From positions 22,554 through 86,553 of IMG/VR virus record IMGVR_UViG_3300029267_001213: a DNA stretch of 64,000 nucleotides. One strand, 5' to 3'. Source of the DNA: a virus. A model generated the notes under the pieces. The model ran no database searches. It was not told the origin of the DNA and was given only the letters and a program-made list of their open reading frames with translations. The translations under genes and the position numbers were made by a program. This document shows positions 37,543 through 47,113 of this stretch, one piece after another. Within the stretch, counting starts at the first letter, position 1, and each line of letters begins with the position of its first letter.

Positions 37543-39490
37543 GGAAGAGAGTGGCCGAGAGTATGTAGAAAGAAAAGGCTGGCATGTTGCGGGTATTGAG
37601 CGAACGTCAGCCGGTGAGCAATTGATATTAAAAATTTGCCCCTTGTGTAAGTCCGAAGCGTCGGGCCGGCACAAGGGGCTTTTTCATATAAACGCAAGCA
37701 ATGGATTATGGCTTACATATTGCTGCGGACAGAGTGGTAATCTCTGGCAATTAAAAAGGGAGCTGGGCGATCTAAAAATGAGGAGCATTGAGGAAGTTAC
37801 TTCATGGGGCATGAAGAAAGAAGATTCCAAGATGGCTCAAAATTTTAAGCGAGTAATTGCCAAACGTCGAGAGAAGGGGCCGTTTTCCAAAGTTGATCAA
37901 AACGAAGTAAAAAAATGGGCAAGAGACTTATTGGGAAAAAGCGATGAAGCGAAGACTGCCTTGGAATATCTGACTAAAGTAAGATGTTTAAGCAAACAAG
38001 TTATCAAAGAATCAAGACTTGGATATACAACACGGTACGCGGCGAATGGTGAAGAAGTCGGTGTTGTATCTATTCCAATTTTTTACCGGGAAGAAATTGT
38101 AAATGTGAAATTTAGAGTTTTACCTGAAGACTTGGACAAGGCGGAGGGACAAAGATTTCTCAGGATGCCCGGATGCAGAACTGTTCTGTACGGCATAGAT
38201 GATGTCAAGCCGAATACCGAGCGAATAATATTATGTGAGGCTGAGATAGATCGGTTATCCATGCTGGATTACGGCTTTGATAAATCAAGCGTGGTTTCTC
38301 TGTCAGCTGGTGCGAGCAAGCTGGACGATGATTCATTGGAGTGGATGGTACCTTTTAATGAAATACTTATTCTTATGGACAGCGATGATCCGGGCGAAAA
38401 GGCCGCGGATATTATTGCGGACCAGCTAGGACGATACCGATGCAGGAGAGTTCGGCTTCCATTGAAAGATCCCGGAGATTGTTTAAGGGCTGGCATTAGC
38501 AGAGAGGATATTCAGCGATGCGTTGAATCGGCTGCGGAATGCTTTACTCATAGAGTACAATCTCCGGGCGATTTGAGAGAAGAGGTTTTGAACTGGATGG
38601 ATGATCCGGGTCAGGCTAAAGGTAGGACTACCGGATGGACCGAAGTGGACGACTTGATAGGCGGGGTAAGGGATGGGGATTTTGTTATTGTTACCGGCGA
38701 GACAGGCGTAGGCAAGACGACGTGGCTTACTGCATTGATGCATAATAGGTCGGTGGATAATGATTCTACATTGATAGCGTCTTTTGAAATGCGGCCAGCG
38801 AAAATACTGAGAAAGATGACCAGTATGGAAATTGGCGAGAGTCTTTTTAAGGTTACACCGGATGTGGTTGAGGATGCGCTGGACCGGATAGAAAAGCGTA
38901 AGATATATTTTCTGGATGCATACGGTCATTTTTCTGTAGCGGCATTGGAAGACGTTGTGGAGTACGGTGTCAGGAGATTCGGAGTGCAGCGTGTGGTTAT
39001 AGATAACTTGCAATTCTTTTTAGACGACAGTGAGTTCGGCGGTGATGAGCGCAAGGCCGTAGACAATACTATAATGAGATGTAAGTATCTTACGGACAGA
39101 TTAAATATTACGATTTATTTGGTAGTGCATCCTAAGACACAGCGAATATTTAGAGGTAAGGTTTTACCGCCAGAGATTCATGATTTGCGCGGAAGTGCTA
39201 TGATTAAGACGGTTGCGGATTTGGTCTTGAGAGTGGGACGACCTAATGAAAAAGACAAAAAGAAAAATAAGCCGCTGTATGAAAACAACAGAATGAGCGA
39301 GTCTTTAATAACTTCATTAAAAATCAGGGAGGATTTTGTAGGCAAACTGGATTCATGTTTGTTGGCATTTAATTGTGATTCTTTAAGATATGGAGATTCT
39401 TCATTGTTGCCATTGTCAGAACCAGATGCAGACGAAGATTTAATAGATAACATTCCAGCTGGATGTGAGCTGGATTTTCAAATGTTCTAA
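37532..39490 (+). CDS. Primase-helicase (T7 gp4 / Twinkle-like)
   Basis: Zinc finger CPLC...CC, TOPRIM CEAEID.LS, DSDDPG and KDPGD, then Walker A GETGVGKTT, SFEM, IDNL, VVHP and DLRGS. Confidence 0.93.
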   Translation: MAIKEESGREYVERKGWHVAGIERTSAGEQLILKICPLCKSEASGRHKGLFHINASNGLWLTYCCGQSGNLWQLKRELGDLKMRSIEEVTSWGMKKEDSKMAQNFKRVIAKRREKGPFSKVDQNEVKKWARDLLGKSDEAKTALEYLTKVRCLSKQVIKESRLGYTTRYAANGEEVGVVSIPIFYREEIVNVKFRVLPEDLDKAEGQRFLRMPGCRTVLYGIDDVKPNTERIILCEAEIDRLSMLDYGFDKSSVVSLSAGASKLDDDSLEWMVPFNEILILMDSDDPGEKAADIIADQLGRYRCRRVRLPLKDPGDCLRAGISREDIQRCVESAAECFTHRVQSPGDLREEVLNWMDDPGQAKGRTTGWTEVDDLIGGVRDGDFVIVTGETGVGKTTWLTALMHNRSVDNDSTLIASFEMRPAKILRKMTSMEIGESLFKVTPDVVEDALDRIEKRKIYFLDAYGHFSVAALEDVVEYGVRRFGVQRVVIDNLQFFLDDSEFGGDERKAVDNTIMRCKYLTDRLNITIYLVVHPKTQRIFRGKVLPPEIHDLRGSAMIKTVADLVLRVGRPNEKDKKKNKPLYENNRMSESLITSLKIREDFVGKLDSCLLAFNCDSLRYGDSSLLPLSEPDADEDLIDNIPAGCELDFQMF

Positions 39491-39503
39491 AAGGAGGAGA
39501 ACC

Positions 39504-40106
39504 ATGCCAAAGAAAAAGATGACGAGTAAGAAAAAGACTACAAAAAAACCAGCTACAAAAAAGCCCACGGCTCCAAAGGTGACAGCGAAGGTGACGAAAG
39601 ACCCGAAAATTTCGGCGGTGATTTGTCCCAGTTGTAATGGAGTGTTGGTTCCGGAGGGACATCAGCGAAAGGCGGTGCGGTTAATCTGTTCACAGTGCGG
39701 GACGAAAGTCCCGGTCAATGCGCCCATAGTTAAGGTGGTTGTCAGCAAACAGTGTCTGGCCAAGGCCATGAAGAACCTTACACTGCCATTAGCGATAGCT
39801 CCTACCAAGGCCAGAGAAACGAAGTACGACCGGCGATTAGTTGTTACGTGTACGAGCGAGCAGCATAATCAGTTCATGAGAGCTTTTATGGCGTGCAGAC
39901 AATTAAACGACGTTAAGGACGAAGACCGTTCATGGCTTGGTCAGGTTCTGGAATTAATCTGTGCGGATTTTCTTTCTGGCGTTCCTAGTGATATATTGAC
40001 CGATGTAGACAAGGTGCTGGGAGAGATGCAGAACAAGGAAGACAAGAGACAGAAAAAGATGAAGTTTGGTGAGGACAATGGTAAAGAAAAAGAAAAGCAA
40101 AAGTAA
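39504..40106 (+). CDS. Hypothetical protein with basic N-terminus and zinc ribbon
   Basis: AAGGAGGAG RBS. CPSC...CSQC, LELICADFL. Confidence 0.65.
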   Translation: MPKKKMTSKKKTTKKPATKKPTAPKVTAKVTKDPKISAVICPSCNGVLVPEGHQRKAVRLICSQCGTKVPVNAPIVKVVVSKQCLAKAMKNLTLPLAIAPTKARETKYDRRLVVTCTSEQHNQFMRAFMACRQLNDVKDEDRSWLGQVLELICADFLSGVPSDILTDVDKVLGEMQNKEDKRQKKMKFGEDNGKEKEKQK

Positions 40107-40740
40107 ATCTACCGGACCCGGTGTGCCTGTCGAATATATCGACGGATTGCTTAATCGGTGCAAGACATGTGCTCACAGTGCGGATGGACCGTTATGCTTT
40201 ATTAAAAAAGCGTTGTTGGAATCAAAGAACAAGGATGGTGCATTGGACTGCTGGCCTGAAGCTGTACGATTGAGCAAAGAACTTAAGCCGTATCAGTGCG
40301 GCATGTATGTTGTGGTCGATGCAAAGCCCTGTCCTAAGTGCGGACGAAGGATAGCTCAATTTTATGAGGAGGGTACACGTCCCGGTAAAATTGATGTAGT
40401 GGATGCTGATAATTGGGCATACATTCTTTATCCGGTGCCAGATGAATATAAGGAAGATACTGTTGAGCTGGTGGTAATGGATATAGACAACGAAAACAGA
40501 AAACTTGTTAGCGGTATTTATCTTGGCGGGTCTGTAGATCAGGGACTGGTTGATGAGGCGGGTAAGATGTTTCCGAAAACTAAGTTTAAGATTTTACTCG
40601 GCAGACAATCTCATTGGGATACATGTCCTGAATTAGAAAGGAATAAGGTCCATAAGAAAGATGACGGAGACGCCGATAGCGGTACTAGGAGTGGACCCCG
40701 ACAGTCAGCACTCGGGCTGGGGACTGATCAGGCCGAATGA
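40078..40740 (+). CDS. Hypothetical Cys-rich protein
   Basis: CKTC, CPKCG and SHWDTCP motifs. Confidence 0.6.
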   Translation: MVKKKKSKSKSTGPGVPVEYIDGLLNRCKTCAHSADGPLCFIKKALLESKNKDGALDCWPEAVRLSKELKPYQCGMYVVVDAKPCPKCGRRIAQFYEEGTRPGKIDVVDADNWAYILYPVPDEYKEDTVELVVMDIDNENRKLVSGIYLGGSVDQGLVDEAGKMFPKTKFKILLGRQSHWDTCPELERNKVHKKDDGDADSGTRSGPRQSALGLGTDQAE

Positions 40741-41248
40741 AGGAATAGAATTCTGCGGTCTGGTCTGGCATGTTCTGGTTCGGAACGGCCCGGCCAAGAA
40801 ATTGACTGAAGTGGTGAGCGATATAGATGGAATCATCCTTAGCTGCATGGAGATATGCAAAACGAAAGGATGGCGACTTGTGGTGGTTTGCGAGAATCAG
40901 TTTTCGGCAAAGAACTGGAAGTCATCTTTTATGATTGTAGAGATACGCAGAACATGGGAAACACTGGCAGCGAGACACGGATTGCAAACGGACAAGATGA
41001 TGCCTTTGAACTGGAGAAGTTTTGTTTTCCCCGGACAGAACAGGCGGACTACAAAAAAGCGCATATGGAAAAGACTTGCCAAGGAGTTAGTATTAAATGA
41101 GCTTTTAGAGAACAAGAAACACATGACCAATGAAGAGAAAGAAAAATTCGAGCGAAGCTTGTTTAGCGATACGGCTGAAGGTTGTTGCATTGGCAAGGCG
41201 TGGATGCGATATAATCGCGGTTGCAAAGTGCAGCGAAAATTATGCTAG
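40661..41248 (+). CDS. RuvC-like Holliday junction resolvase
   Basis: VLGVDP....GWG, VVCE.Q, P..WR and D.AE..CIG RNase H-fold motifs. Confidence 0.8.
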   Translation: MTETPIAVLGVDPDSQHSGWGLIRPNEGIEFCGLVWHVLVRNGPAKKLTEVVSDIDGIILSCMEICKTKGWRLVVVCENQFSAKNWKSSFMIVEIRRTWETLAARHGLQTDKMMPLNWRSFVFPGQNRRTTKKRIWKRLAKELVLNELLENKKHMTNEEKEKFERSLFSDTAEGCCIGKAWMRYNRGCKVQRKLC

Positions 41249-41256
41249 GAGGAGTC

Positions 41257-42243
41257 ATGCCAAAGATAAGACGATTGAAATATAAAAATTATGCTGGACT
41301 GCAAATTAAGGGCACGGTGCCGGTAAAAATATCACCTTATGGAATGCAGGAACATTTAGGTCGGGCAGCTTATCTGACAGAACAGGTTGAATCTAATGGC
41401 ATGTATGGCTCGGTAATGAATTATGACAACACCGGCATGACTGCTGGGTTGCATCAGGCAATAGCTGTATATCCGAAAGAGCTGGAGGATAAGGATTTTA
41501 ATGCTGCGGATGATCAAGGACCATTGTGGAAGTTGTTGCGGAGAATTGATCTGGTTCATTCTAATGAATGGACAAAGCTGGCAATAGCTTTTTTCGATGA
41601 GTGCAATTGGTACGTAGCGTTGGACGGTTCACTTCGGGATTATACTTCGGGGCGACTTATATCCGGAAAAGAAATCAGAGATGAATTTACCGGATCGAGC
41701 AATGGGGTTGTTCCTGTAAGGGGAAAGGGAAGAGAGCGTGCTGAAAGATGGATAGAATTGTTTCATCGTGTAATGATTGATCCGGAAACTTATTCTGTAC
41801 AGGTCAAGGTAGGACAGGAACATATTACTAAGCGCGCAAGCCGGACAAGACTTTGGATGTCAAACAATTCCAGTTATAAAAAGAAAACTATTCAGGAAGC
41901 GGTTTATGGCAATAAGCATATTTCTGCAGTGACCATAATTGAAGATATAGAGCCAGAACTCGAATTAGCCATGTGTATGTTCTGGAGCAATACAGTAAAC
42001 GCGCCGGGTGCGGCATTAAAAAGGTTATGTCGTGTAATACACTTGAAAGATTCGAAAGGGCCGGTAGCTTTTGCTAAAGCACTTGTCAGAGCTTTAGGCA
42101 ATACTACCTTCGGACGCTGGGATGATGACATTAAAGGTGGTCGATACCAGCGGACGAGATCAGCGGCAATGCAATCGGGGTTATGGAATGCGGAATTGTT
42201 CAGGGGCAAGACTGCTATAATGCCGAAAGATTTGCCGGGATAA
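41257..42243 (+). CDS. Lysozyme-fold protein, endolysin candidate
   Basis: VES.G.YGSV.NYD..GMTAG.HQ resembles a lysozyme catalytic Glu plus beta-hairpin. ATG after GGAGGAG. Confidence 0.5.
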   Translation: MPKIRRLKYKNYAGLQIKGTVPVKISPYGMQEHLGRAAYLTEQVESNGMYGSVMNYDNTGMTAGLHQAIAVYPKELEDKDFNAADDQGPLWKLLRRIDLVHSNEWTKLAIAFFDECNWYVALDGSLRDYTSGRLISGKEIRDEFTGSSNGVVPVRGKGRERAERWIELFHRVMIDPETYSVQVKVGQEHITKRASRTRLWMSNNSSYKKKTIQEAVYGNKHISAVTIIEDIEPELELAMCMFWSNTVNAPGAALKRLCRVIHLKDSKGPVAFAKALVRALGNTTFGRWDDDIKGGRYQRTRSAAMQSGLWNAELFRGKTAIMPKDLPG

Positions 42244-42267
42244 ATTACACGGAGGTAATTAAAGTAG

Positions 42268-42828
42268 ATGTATAGATATATAGCGATGTTTATTTTGGCG
42301 TGTTCGCTTTTGTTCTGTCCATTATGGAGCAAGGCGCAGATATGCGTCGGTGGAGATTGTGTTTCCTATCCGGATTTGGTCAGAACAACCAGAGGGATAA
42401 TATGGATATTACGCACAGAAGGAGCAAGGCTTTCAGATTACAGATTGAAGTTTGCAGAATCGTTTGCATGGGCAATTGTACCACCGGCGAAAAAGTACGG
42501 AGTAGATTTAGATGCGATGGTGGTTACGGCTTATGCCGAGTCATCATTTTATCCGGAGGCAATAGGAAAGAAAGGTGAGTTCGGTTTATACCAAATACAT
42601 CCGGACAAAGCCAAACGAATGAAGCGATGGATTAGCGTTCGTGAGAATGCTGATTACGGAGCGCGGTTATTGGCGCGAGCTACGAAAAGATGCAGAGAGA
42701 AGTTCGGAGACGAAGTAACTTGGGAACATGTGTTCGGTCATTATCGTAGCGGGTACTGCAATCCGGAGTATGGCGAAAAAAAAGCCAGACTGGTACGTAA
42801 TTTGAAAGCGGCATTAAAGGAGGAGTAG
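42268..42828 (+). CDS. Lytic transglycosylase (SLT domain) with signal peptide
   Basis: KYGVD.......A.AESSF.P.AIG..GE.GLYQI...N..YGA..L...Y..G motif. Hydrophobic N-terminus. Confidence 0.88.
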   Translation: MYRYIAMFILACSLLFCPLWSKAQICVGGDCVSYPDLVRTTRGIIWILRTEGARLSDYRLKFAESFAWAIVPPAKKYGVDLDAMVVTAYAESSFYPEAIGKKGEFGLYQIHPDKAKRMKRWISVRENADYGARLLARATKRCREKFGDEVTWEHVFGHYRSGYCNPEYGEKKARLVRNLKAALKEE

Positions 42829-42829
42829 G

Positions 42830-43150
42830 ATGAGTAAATTAAAGGTCGTAATAATAACAGGACGTGGCACAGGCGGCATAAGGCTGACGGAAGAACTGAA
42901 GCCTATGGCATTGCATGGTCGAAAATATGACGAGATAAAAAATGAGGCCAAGAAAAAGTTGCTGGATCGCGGATATGAAATTGAGACAATTTCTCAAGAT
43001 ACTGCTGGTAATATTATCGGATATGTATATGACCCGAAAAAATTCGGCAGGGAACAGGACAGGCAACTTTTATCAAAGACGGTGCCTAAGCCAAGGCGTA
43101 TGCCTGAAAGAATCAGCGGTCGTGCGGTAAGGCGAATGAATAAAAATTAA
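42830..43150 (+). CDS. Hypothetical protein
   Basis: AGGAGGAG RBS. Confidence 0.55.
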   Translation: MSKLKVVIITGRGTGGIRLTEELKPMALHGRKYDEIKNEAKKKLLDRGYEIETISQDTAGNIIGYVYDPKKFGREQDRQLLSKTVPKPRRMPERISGRAVRRMNKN

Positions 43151-43190
43151 AAATTGGAAACGCAAAACAGAAACAGAGATAGGAGACATT

Positions 43191-43547
43191 ATGACTTTAC
43201 CAGATGTAGCCGTTATTGTAGGCGATGGCCTTAAGAATGTCATAAAGCGTCTTGGACATGCTGCGGAAAGAGCTGGTGCCAAGGGCAACAGGGAAAAGGA
43301 GAAGGGATTTCTCTTGGCGGTTAAATGGATCAGCGAGGAGATGAATCAAGTTGAGCAATTACTGTCAGAGAAAGACGCGGAGCAGCTGGAGGAGACGTTA
43401 AACAAGCCAAACGATCCGGGCATTTTAATTGGCGATACCGGCAGAGAAATTGCTGAAAGACAGATAGAGCGAGAGAAGGCGGCAAGGCGGCGTCCTAGAA
43501 AACTTGGACCGCGAGGACTTGGAACTTTGCAGCCCGGAAAAAAATAA
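43191..43547 (+). CDS. Hypothetical protein
   Basis: AGGAG RBS. Confidence 0.55.
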   Translation: MTLPDVAVIVGDGLKNVIKRLGHAAERAGAKGNREKEKGFLLAVKWISEEMNQVEQLLSEKDAEQLEETLNKPNDPGILIGDTGREIAERQIEREKAARRRPRKLGPRGLGTLQPGKK

Positions 43548-43860
43548 AATGTGGTTCAATCCATTATCGGCCCGGCTGGAGATGCAGCGCAGGATGGAAG
43601 CTGCTGAAAAACTGATGGACATGCTTGCATCATTGGAGCCTCAGTTACGGGCTAGGGAATCAGGATTTCTTATGAGCATGTTGAAAAACAGGTGCAGTGG
43701 TCAGTGGTTTGTTACTATTAAACAGCTTAGATATTTAGCCAGCATTGCACAGAAGTACGTTGAAGATGTTATCTGGATAGGCGGTGATGAAATGGAAATG
43801 GCGTTGCCTGATAATACTATTATTTCATTAAAGGAAGAAAGGTTTCTCGAAGATGACTAA
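43504..43860 (+). CDS. Hypothetical protein (start uncertain)
   Basis: E..FL.SM.......T.KQL.YL pattern resembles 52149-52343. Confidence 0.5.
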   Translation: MDREDLELCSPEKNKMWFNPLSARLEMQRRMEAAEKLMDMLASLEPQLRARESGFLMSMLKNRCSGQWFVTIKQLRYLASIAQKYVEDVIWIGGDEMEMALPDNTIISLKEERFLEDD

Positions 43861-44296
43861 GCCGACCGGATGGACAAAATTAATAGGCTCGATGGATGGA
43901 CCTTATGTGTTCAGCGTACATGATGAGCCGGGTGCTATAATTGAAGCGGGCTCGGTGTTTCCTTTGTTTAGAATATTAGATGCTGGACTGGTCAGTGGAG
44001 AATTAAAAATACACACTATCAGGGGTGTAGCGCAGTCCAGAGGCAAACAGAAAAAGAATATAATCATTGCTAGGGTTGTGGTGGTCGATGCCGAGGGCAA
44101 TGAGATTGAAATATACAGGCAAGCAATGAGTGAACAGCAAGCCGCTGATATGGCACAGGCACAGGACCGTTCTATCGTGCCCGGCATGGCGTGTGTTGTA
44201 TGCGGAGAACCTGTAAGCAAAGAAAATTGTGAGCATACCAGACACGGGCCAGCACATATAATGTGCGCGGAGGAACTAAACGATGGCGAGCAGTAG
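43853..44296 (+). CDS. Hypothetical protein with C-terminal zinc site
   Basis: CVVCGEP...H..C. Confidence 0.55.
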   Translation: MTKPTGWTKLIGSMDGPYVFSVHDEPGAIIEAGSVFPLFRILDAGLVSGELKIHTIRGVAQSRGKQKKNIIIARVVVVDAEGNEIEIYRQAMSEQQAADMAQAQDRSIVPGMACVVCGEPVSKENCEHTRHGPAHIMCAEELNDGEQ

Positions 44297-44618
44297 ACTT
44301 GAATTTCAAATTAAGCTTATTGAGCTTGTAGAGGGACTGGATGATACGCATGAAAAGAAAGCTATATTGCTTCACTTGTTTGGAAATCCTAAAGGTGATC
44401 CTGTAGTCCTTCCCGGTACGGATGAAAAAGTTCCGCGCGGAATTATGTATGAGGATTTTCAGGTAATGGAAGTTCAGCTTCAGGCAATTGGTGATGTCAT
44501 AGATGAGCATGTTATAGAGAAGGTGAATGAATTGATAGACGAATACAATCAATTGAGATTGGATTACAATAGTTCCACGGTGCCGACTACGGCATCAGCT
44601 GTTGATAAAATAACGTAA
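44283..44618 (+). CDS. Hypothetical protein
   Basis: GGAGG RBS, coupled. Confidence 0.55.
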   Translation: MASSRLEFQIKLIELVEGLDDTHEKKAILLHLFGNPKGDPVVLPGTDEKVPRGIMYEDFQVMEVQLQAIGDVIDEHVIEKVNELIDEYNQLRLDYNSSTVPTTASAVDKIT

Positions 44619-44643
44619 GGGTAACAACGAAAGGAGAGAGTAC

Positions 44644-45129
44644 ATGCCGATAAGCATTGAAGGACAGGAACTGAGTGAAATATTTATGGAGGTGGCGAAG
44701 CTTCTTAATTTGGATCCTATTGAGATGATCAAAAATATCGCCAGCTCAAGAGTGCAGTGTGCCAGAGGGATAAGGGATGAAATAAAAATCAGCGTTGAAG
44801 GCACAGAAATACAGACTTTGGAAATGGAAGTGGATGATCTTATGCGTGAAGCCGAAGCTTTGAAGGCTGAAGCCGCAGCAAAGTTGGCTAAGGTGGAAGT
44901 GTTACATGAAAAGGCAGAGCGCATGGTTTACGAAAAACTGTTTGAGATACGTCCGGATTTCAGAGACAAGAAAGATGATGTAGATATTTCTTTCAGGAAA
45001 GACAATACAGCTTTTCTGGCGAAGTATGATTATAAATCATGTTCAGACTGTCCAGCCAGACACGTATGCCCGAAGTCAGACGATAGGTCTGTTCCGGCGA
45101 AGGATGGAAAAAATGTCAGTGTCAATTGA
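44644..45129 (+). CDS. Hypothetical coiled-coil protein with C-terminal Cys cluster
   Basis: AAGGAG RBS. CSDCPARHVC. Confidence 0.6.
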   Translation: MPISIEGQELSEIFMEVAKLLNLDPIEMIKNIASSRVQCARGIRDEIKISVEGTEIQTLEMEVDDLMREAEALKAEAAAKLAKVEVLHEKAERMVYEKLFEIRPDFRDKKDDVDISFRKDNTAFLAKYDYKSCSDCPARHVCPKSDDRSVPAKDGKNVSVN

Positions 45130-45532
45130 AGACGCAGTGAATACGGCCATTAAAGCGTGCAGTAGTGCTGGCATTACTCCAGACCAGCTAGCTGTTGAGT
45201 TATTAAAGCGCGGTGAGGAGATGGGCCGCGGATCCGTTTGGAACCGTGGCCCTGTTCGTTCTGAGGCGTATAGAAAATTTATTACTTCCAGATTCAGCTG
45301 TGCTGTTACTGGTTCCAGCAATGTTCAGGCGGCGCATATGAATTGGTTATGGCATTATGAGAAACCGCCTTACGGTCGTGGAATGAAGACGGATGATTTT
45401 AGATGTGTTCCGTTAGACTGCGGAATTCATCGTGCGGATGATCAGCTGTCCGGTGGATTCAGTGATCAGAAATTTGAAGTCGCTCTTGCGGCTGTGGATT
45501 GTTTAATAGCATGGATAAAGAACAGCCGATAA
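45113..45532 (+). CDS. HNH-like DUF968-type protein
   Basis: RSEAY.KFI....CAV.G....AAH....G.GMK.DD..CVPL...H motif. Confidence 0.7.
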   Translation: MSVSIEDAVNTAIKACSSAGITPDQLAVELLKRGEEMGRGSVWNRGPVRSEAYRKFITSRFSCAVTGSSNVQAAHMNWLWHYEKPPYGRGMKTDDFRCVPLDCGIHRADDQLSGGFSDQKFEVALAAVDCLIAWIKNSR

Positions 45533-46119
45533 ATATAGAGGAGCTGCTGAACACTGGCAGTGTAAGACGGTCGTTACCTATGACCAGAGCAGCGGTTACC
45601 TTCAAGACTATGATTACGCAGTGGGATGTTTACATGACGGTCGGATTTTATGAGGACTGGCGTGTTGGTGAGGTGTTTGTATGCGTAGGTAAAGTAGGTC
45701 ATACTTTAAGAGAGGCAATAAACTCATGGGCACGAGCTGTGAGTTTATTATTACAGGCAGGAGAGCCGCTGGAAATTGTAATACAGAAGTTTAGCGAAAC
45801 AAATTTTGAGCCACAAGGATTCACTACGGATGAAGAGATTAATAATGCCAAGTCGATTATAGACTGGGTATCAAAAAAATTAAGGAGATATGCGGACCCA
45901 CTGAAAAACGATTTGAGATTTAGTAAGATGGAGTACCTTATTCACAAAGGAGAAAGCCAGAGAGCAGGGCAGGGCGGTCCAGCAGGGGAAGGCAGGAATG
46001 AAAGCAGGTTCTCGGATGGAGAGCAGGGCAGGGCGGTCCAGCAGGGGAAGGCAGGAATGAAAGCAGGTTCTCGGATGGAGAGCAGGGCAGGGCGGTCCAG
46101 CAGGGGAAGGCAGGAATAG
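45511..46119 (+). CDS. Stand-alone TSCPD domain (C-terminal domain of class II ribonucleotide reductase NrdJ) with repeat-derived tail
   Basis: R.LP..R..T.K......Y.TVG.Y.D...GEVF....K.G..L......AVS..LQ.G.PL......FEP.G.T....I..A.SIID motif. Confidence 0.8.
   Translation: MDKEQPINIEELLNTGSVRRSLPMTRAAVTFKTMITQWDVYMTVGFYEDWRVGEVFVCVGKVGHTLREAINSWARAVSLLLQAGEPLEIVIQKFSETNFEPQGFTTDEEINNAKSIIDWVSKKLRRYADPLKNDLRFSKMEYLIHKGESQRAGQGGPAGEGRNESRFSDGEQGRAVQQGKAGMKAGSRMESRAGRSSRGRQE
45960..46117. repeat. 59 bp tandem repeat, about 2.7 identical copies
   Basis: Unit AGAGCAGGGCAGGGCGGTCCAGCAGGGGAAGGCAGGAATGAAAGCAGGTTCTCGGATGG starts at 45961, 46020 and 46079. Confidence 0.95.
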
Positions 46120-46124
46120 AAAGC

Positions 46125-46841
46125 ATGCCGTATTCAAAGAAACCTTGTGCTGTATGTGAGCGCATGATGAGACTACCGAAGGGCGGAATATGTTCAAGGT
46201 GTCAGCGCATACTGCATGAGCAAGCGGATGTTGAGTACATAAAAAAAATAAAAAGCAATCGTCCCGGCAATAGTTCTGTTGGTGAGGTTCCCGTAGAAAA
46301 ATATAATGAGATGTGGGTGGCGTACCAAGAGAGACAGACTATTACTCATGTAGCTAAAAGTGTTGACGGCATAGGAAAGGATGCAGCAAAAAAATATATT
46401 GAGAGGGGCGATCCGAAGCGCGGACTTCGGCCACTCCGAGCGCGGTTTATTGAGGTTCAGCAAAGGGCACAGAAAAAAGCTGATTATACTGCGGCGGATG
46501 CAAGGCGTGAGAGCTTAATAATTGCCAGACGATATGAACAGCAGATTGGTATGCATTTGAAAGATAGAGAATACATCATTGAGAAAAAAGATAAGGCTAC
46601 TGGAAAAAAGAAAAAGGAAGTTAGACTTAAAAAGAAAACTGAGTTTCCTAAGACTCTCAGTTCTGAGATAGATAAGACGGCACGGTTGAAGCAATTCTTG
46701 CTAGGAGAGGAAGACAGTCGGATAAAAATTGTCGATGAGTTCGACGGCTATACAGATGAGGAGCTGGAACATTACATTAAGACAGGCGAGGAACCTTTGA
46801 GATTCAAAACGAAGACCAAGACTGAAGGAGACACAGATTGA
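46125..46841 (+). CDS. Probable terminase small subunit
   Basis: HTH-like TITHVAKSV..IG...AKKYI.RG. C-terminal RL..FLLGE.DSR....D.YTDEEL. Upstream of the large subunit. Confidence 0.55.
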   Translation: MPYSKKPCAVCERMMRLPKGGICSRCQRILHEQADVEYIKKIKSNRPGNSSVGEVPVEKYNEMWVAYQERQTITHVAKSVDGIGKDAAKKYIERGDPKRGLRPLRARFIEVQQRAQKKADYTAADARRESLIIARRYEQQIGMHLKDREYIIEKKDKATGKKKKEVRLKKKTEFPKTLSSEIDKTARLKQFLLGEEDSRIKIVDEFDGYTDEELEHYIKTGEEPLRFKTKTKTEGDTD

Positions 46842-47113
46842 GCGAAAAAGAAAATATCAAGCTTCCAGTATCGGAAACACATGTGCGGGGCATTCAGGCG
46901 CTTATGGATTTGGCACGAGAAATTGCTGTAGCGATAGATAAAGAAATTTACGGTGCGGAAGAATCAGACGAGGAGAAAATTATTGCATTAACAAAATTAA
47001 TTTTTAATCATTTATCTCAGTGGGTATTAAAAAGATCGAAGCGCAAGCGTGTAGTCAGAGCATTGATTGCACGACTTCAGAATATGGACAATGCAGAGTA
47101 TATTGAAAAATGA
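46838..47113 (+). CDS. Hypothetical protein
   Basis: AAGGAG RBS with TTG start, coupled on both sides. Confidence 0.55.
   Translation: MSEKENIKLPVSETHVRGIQALMDLAREIAVAIDKEIYGAEESDEEKIIALTKLIFNHLSQWVLKRSKRKRVVRALIARLQNMDNAEYIEK

Noticed and set aside
45960-46117. CRISPR array
   Set aside because: The units are contiguous and identical with no unique spacers, and there is no cas operon.
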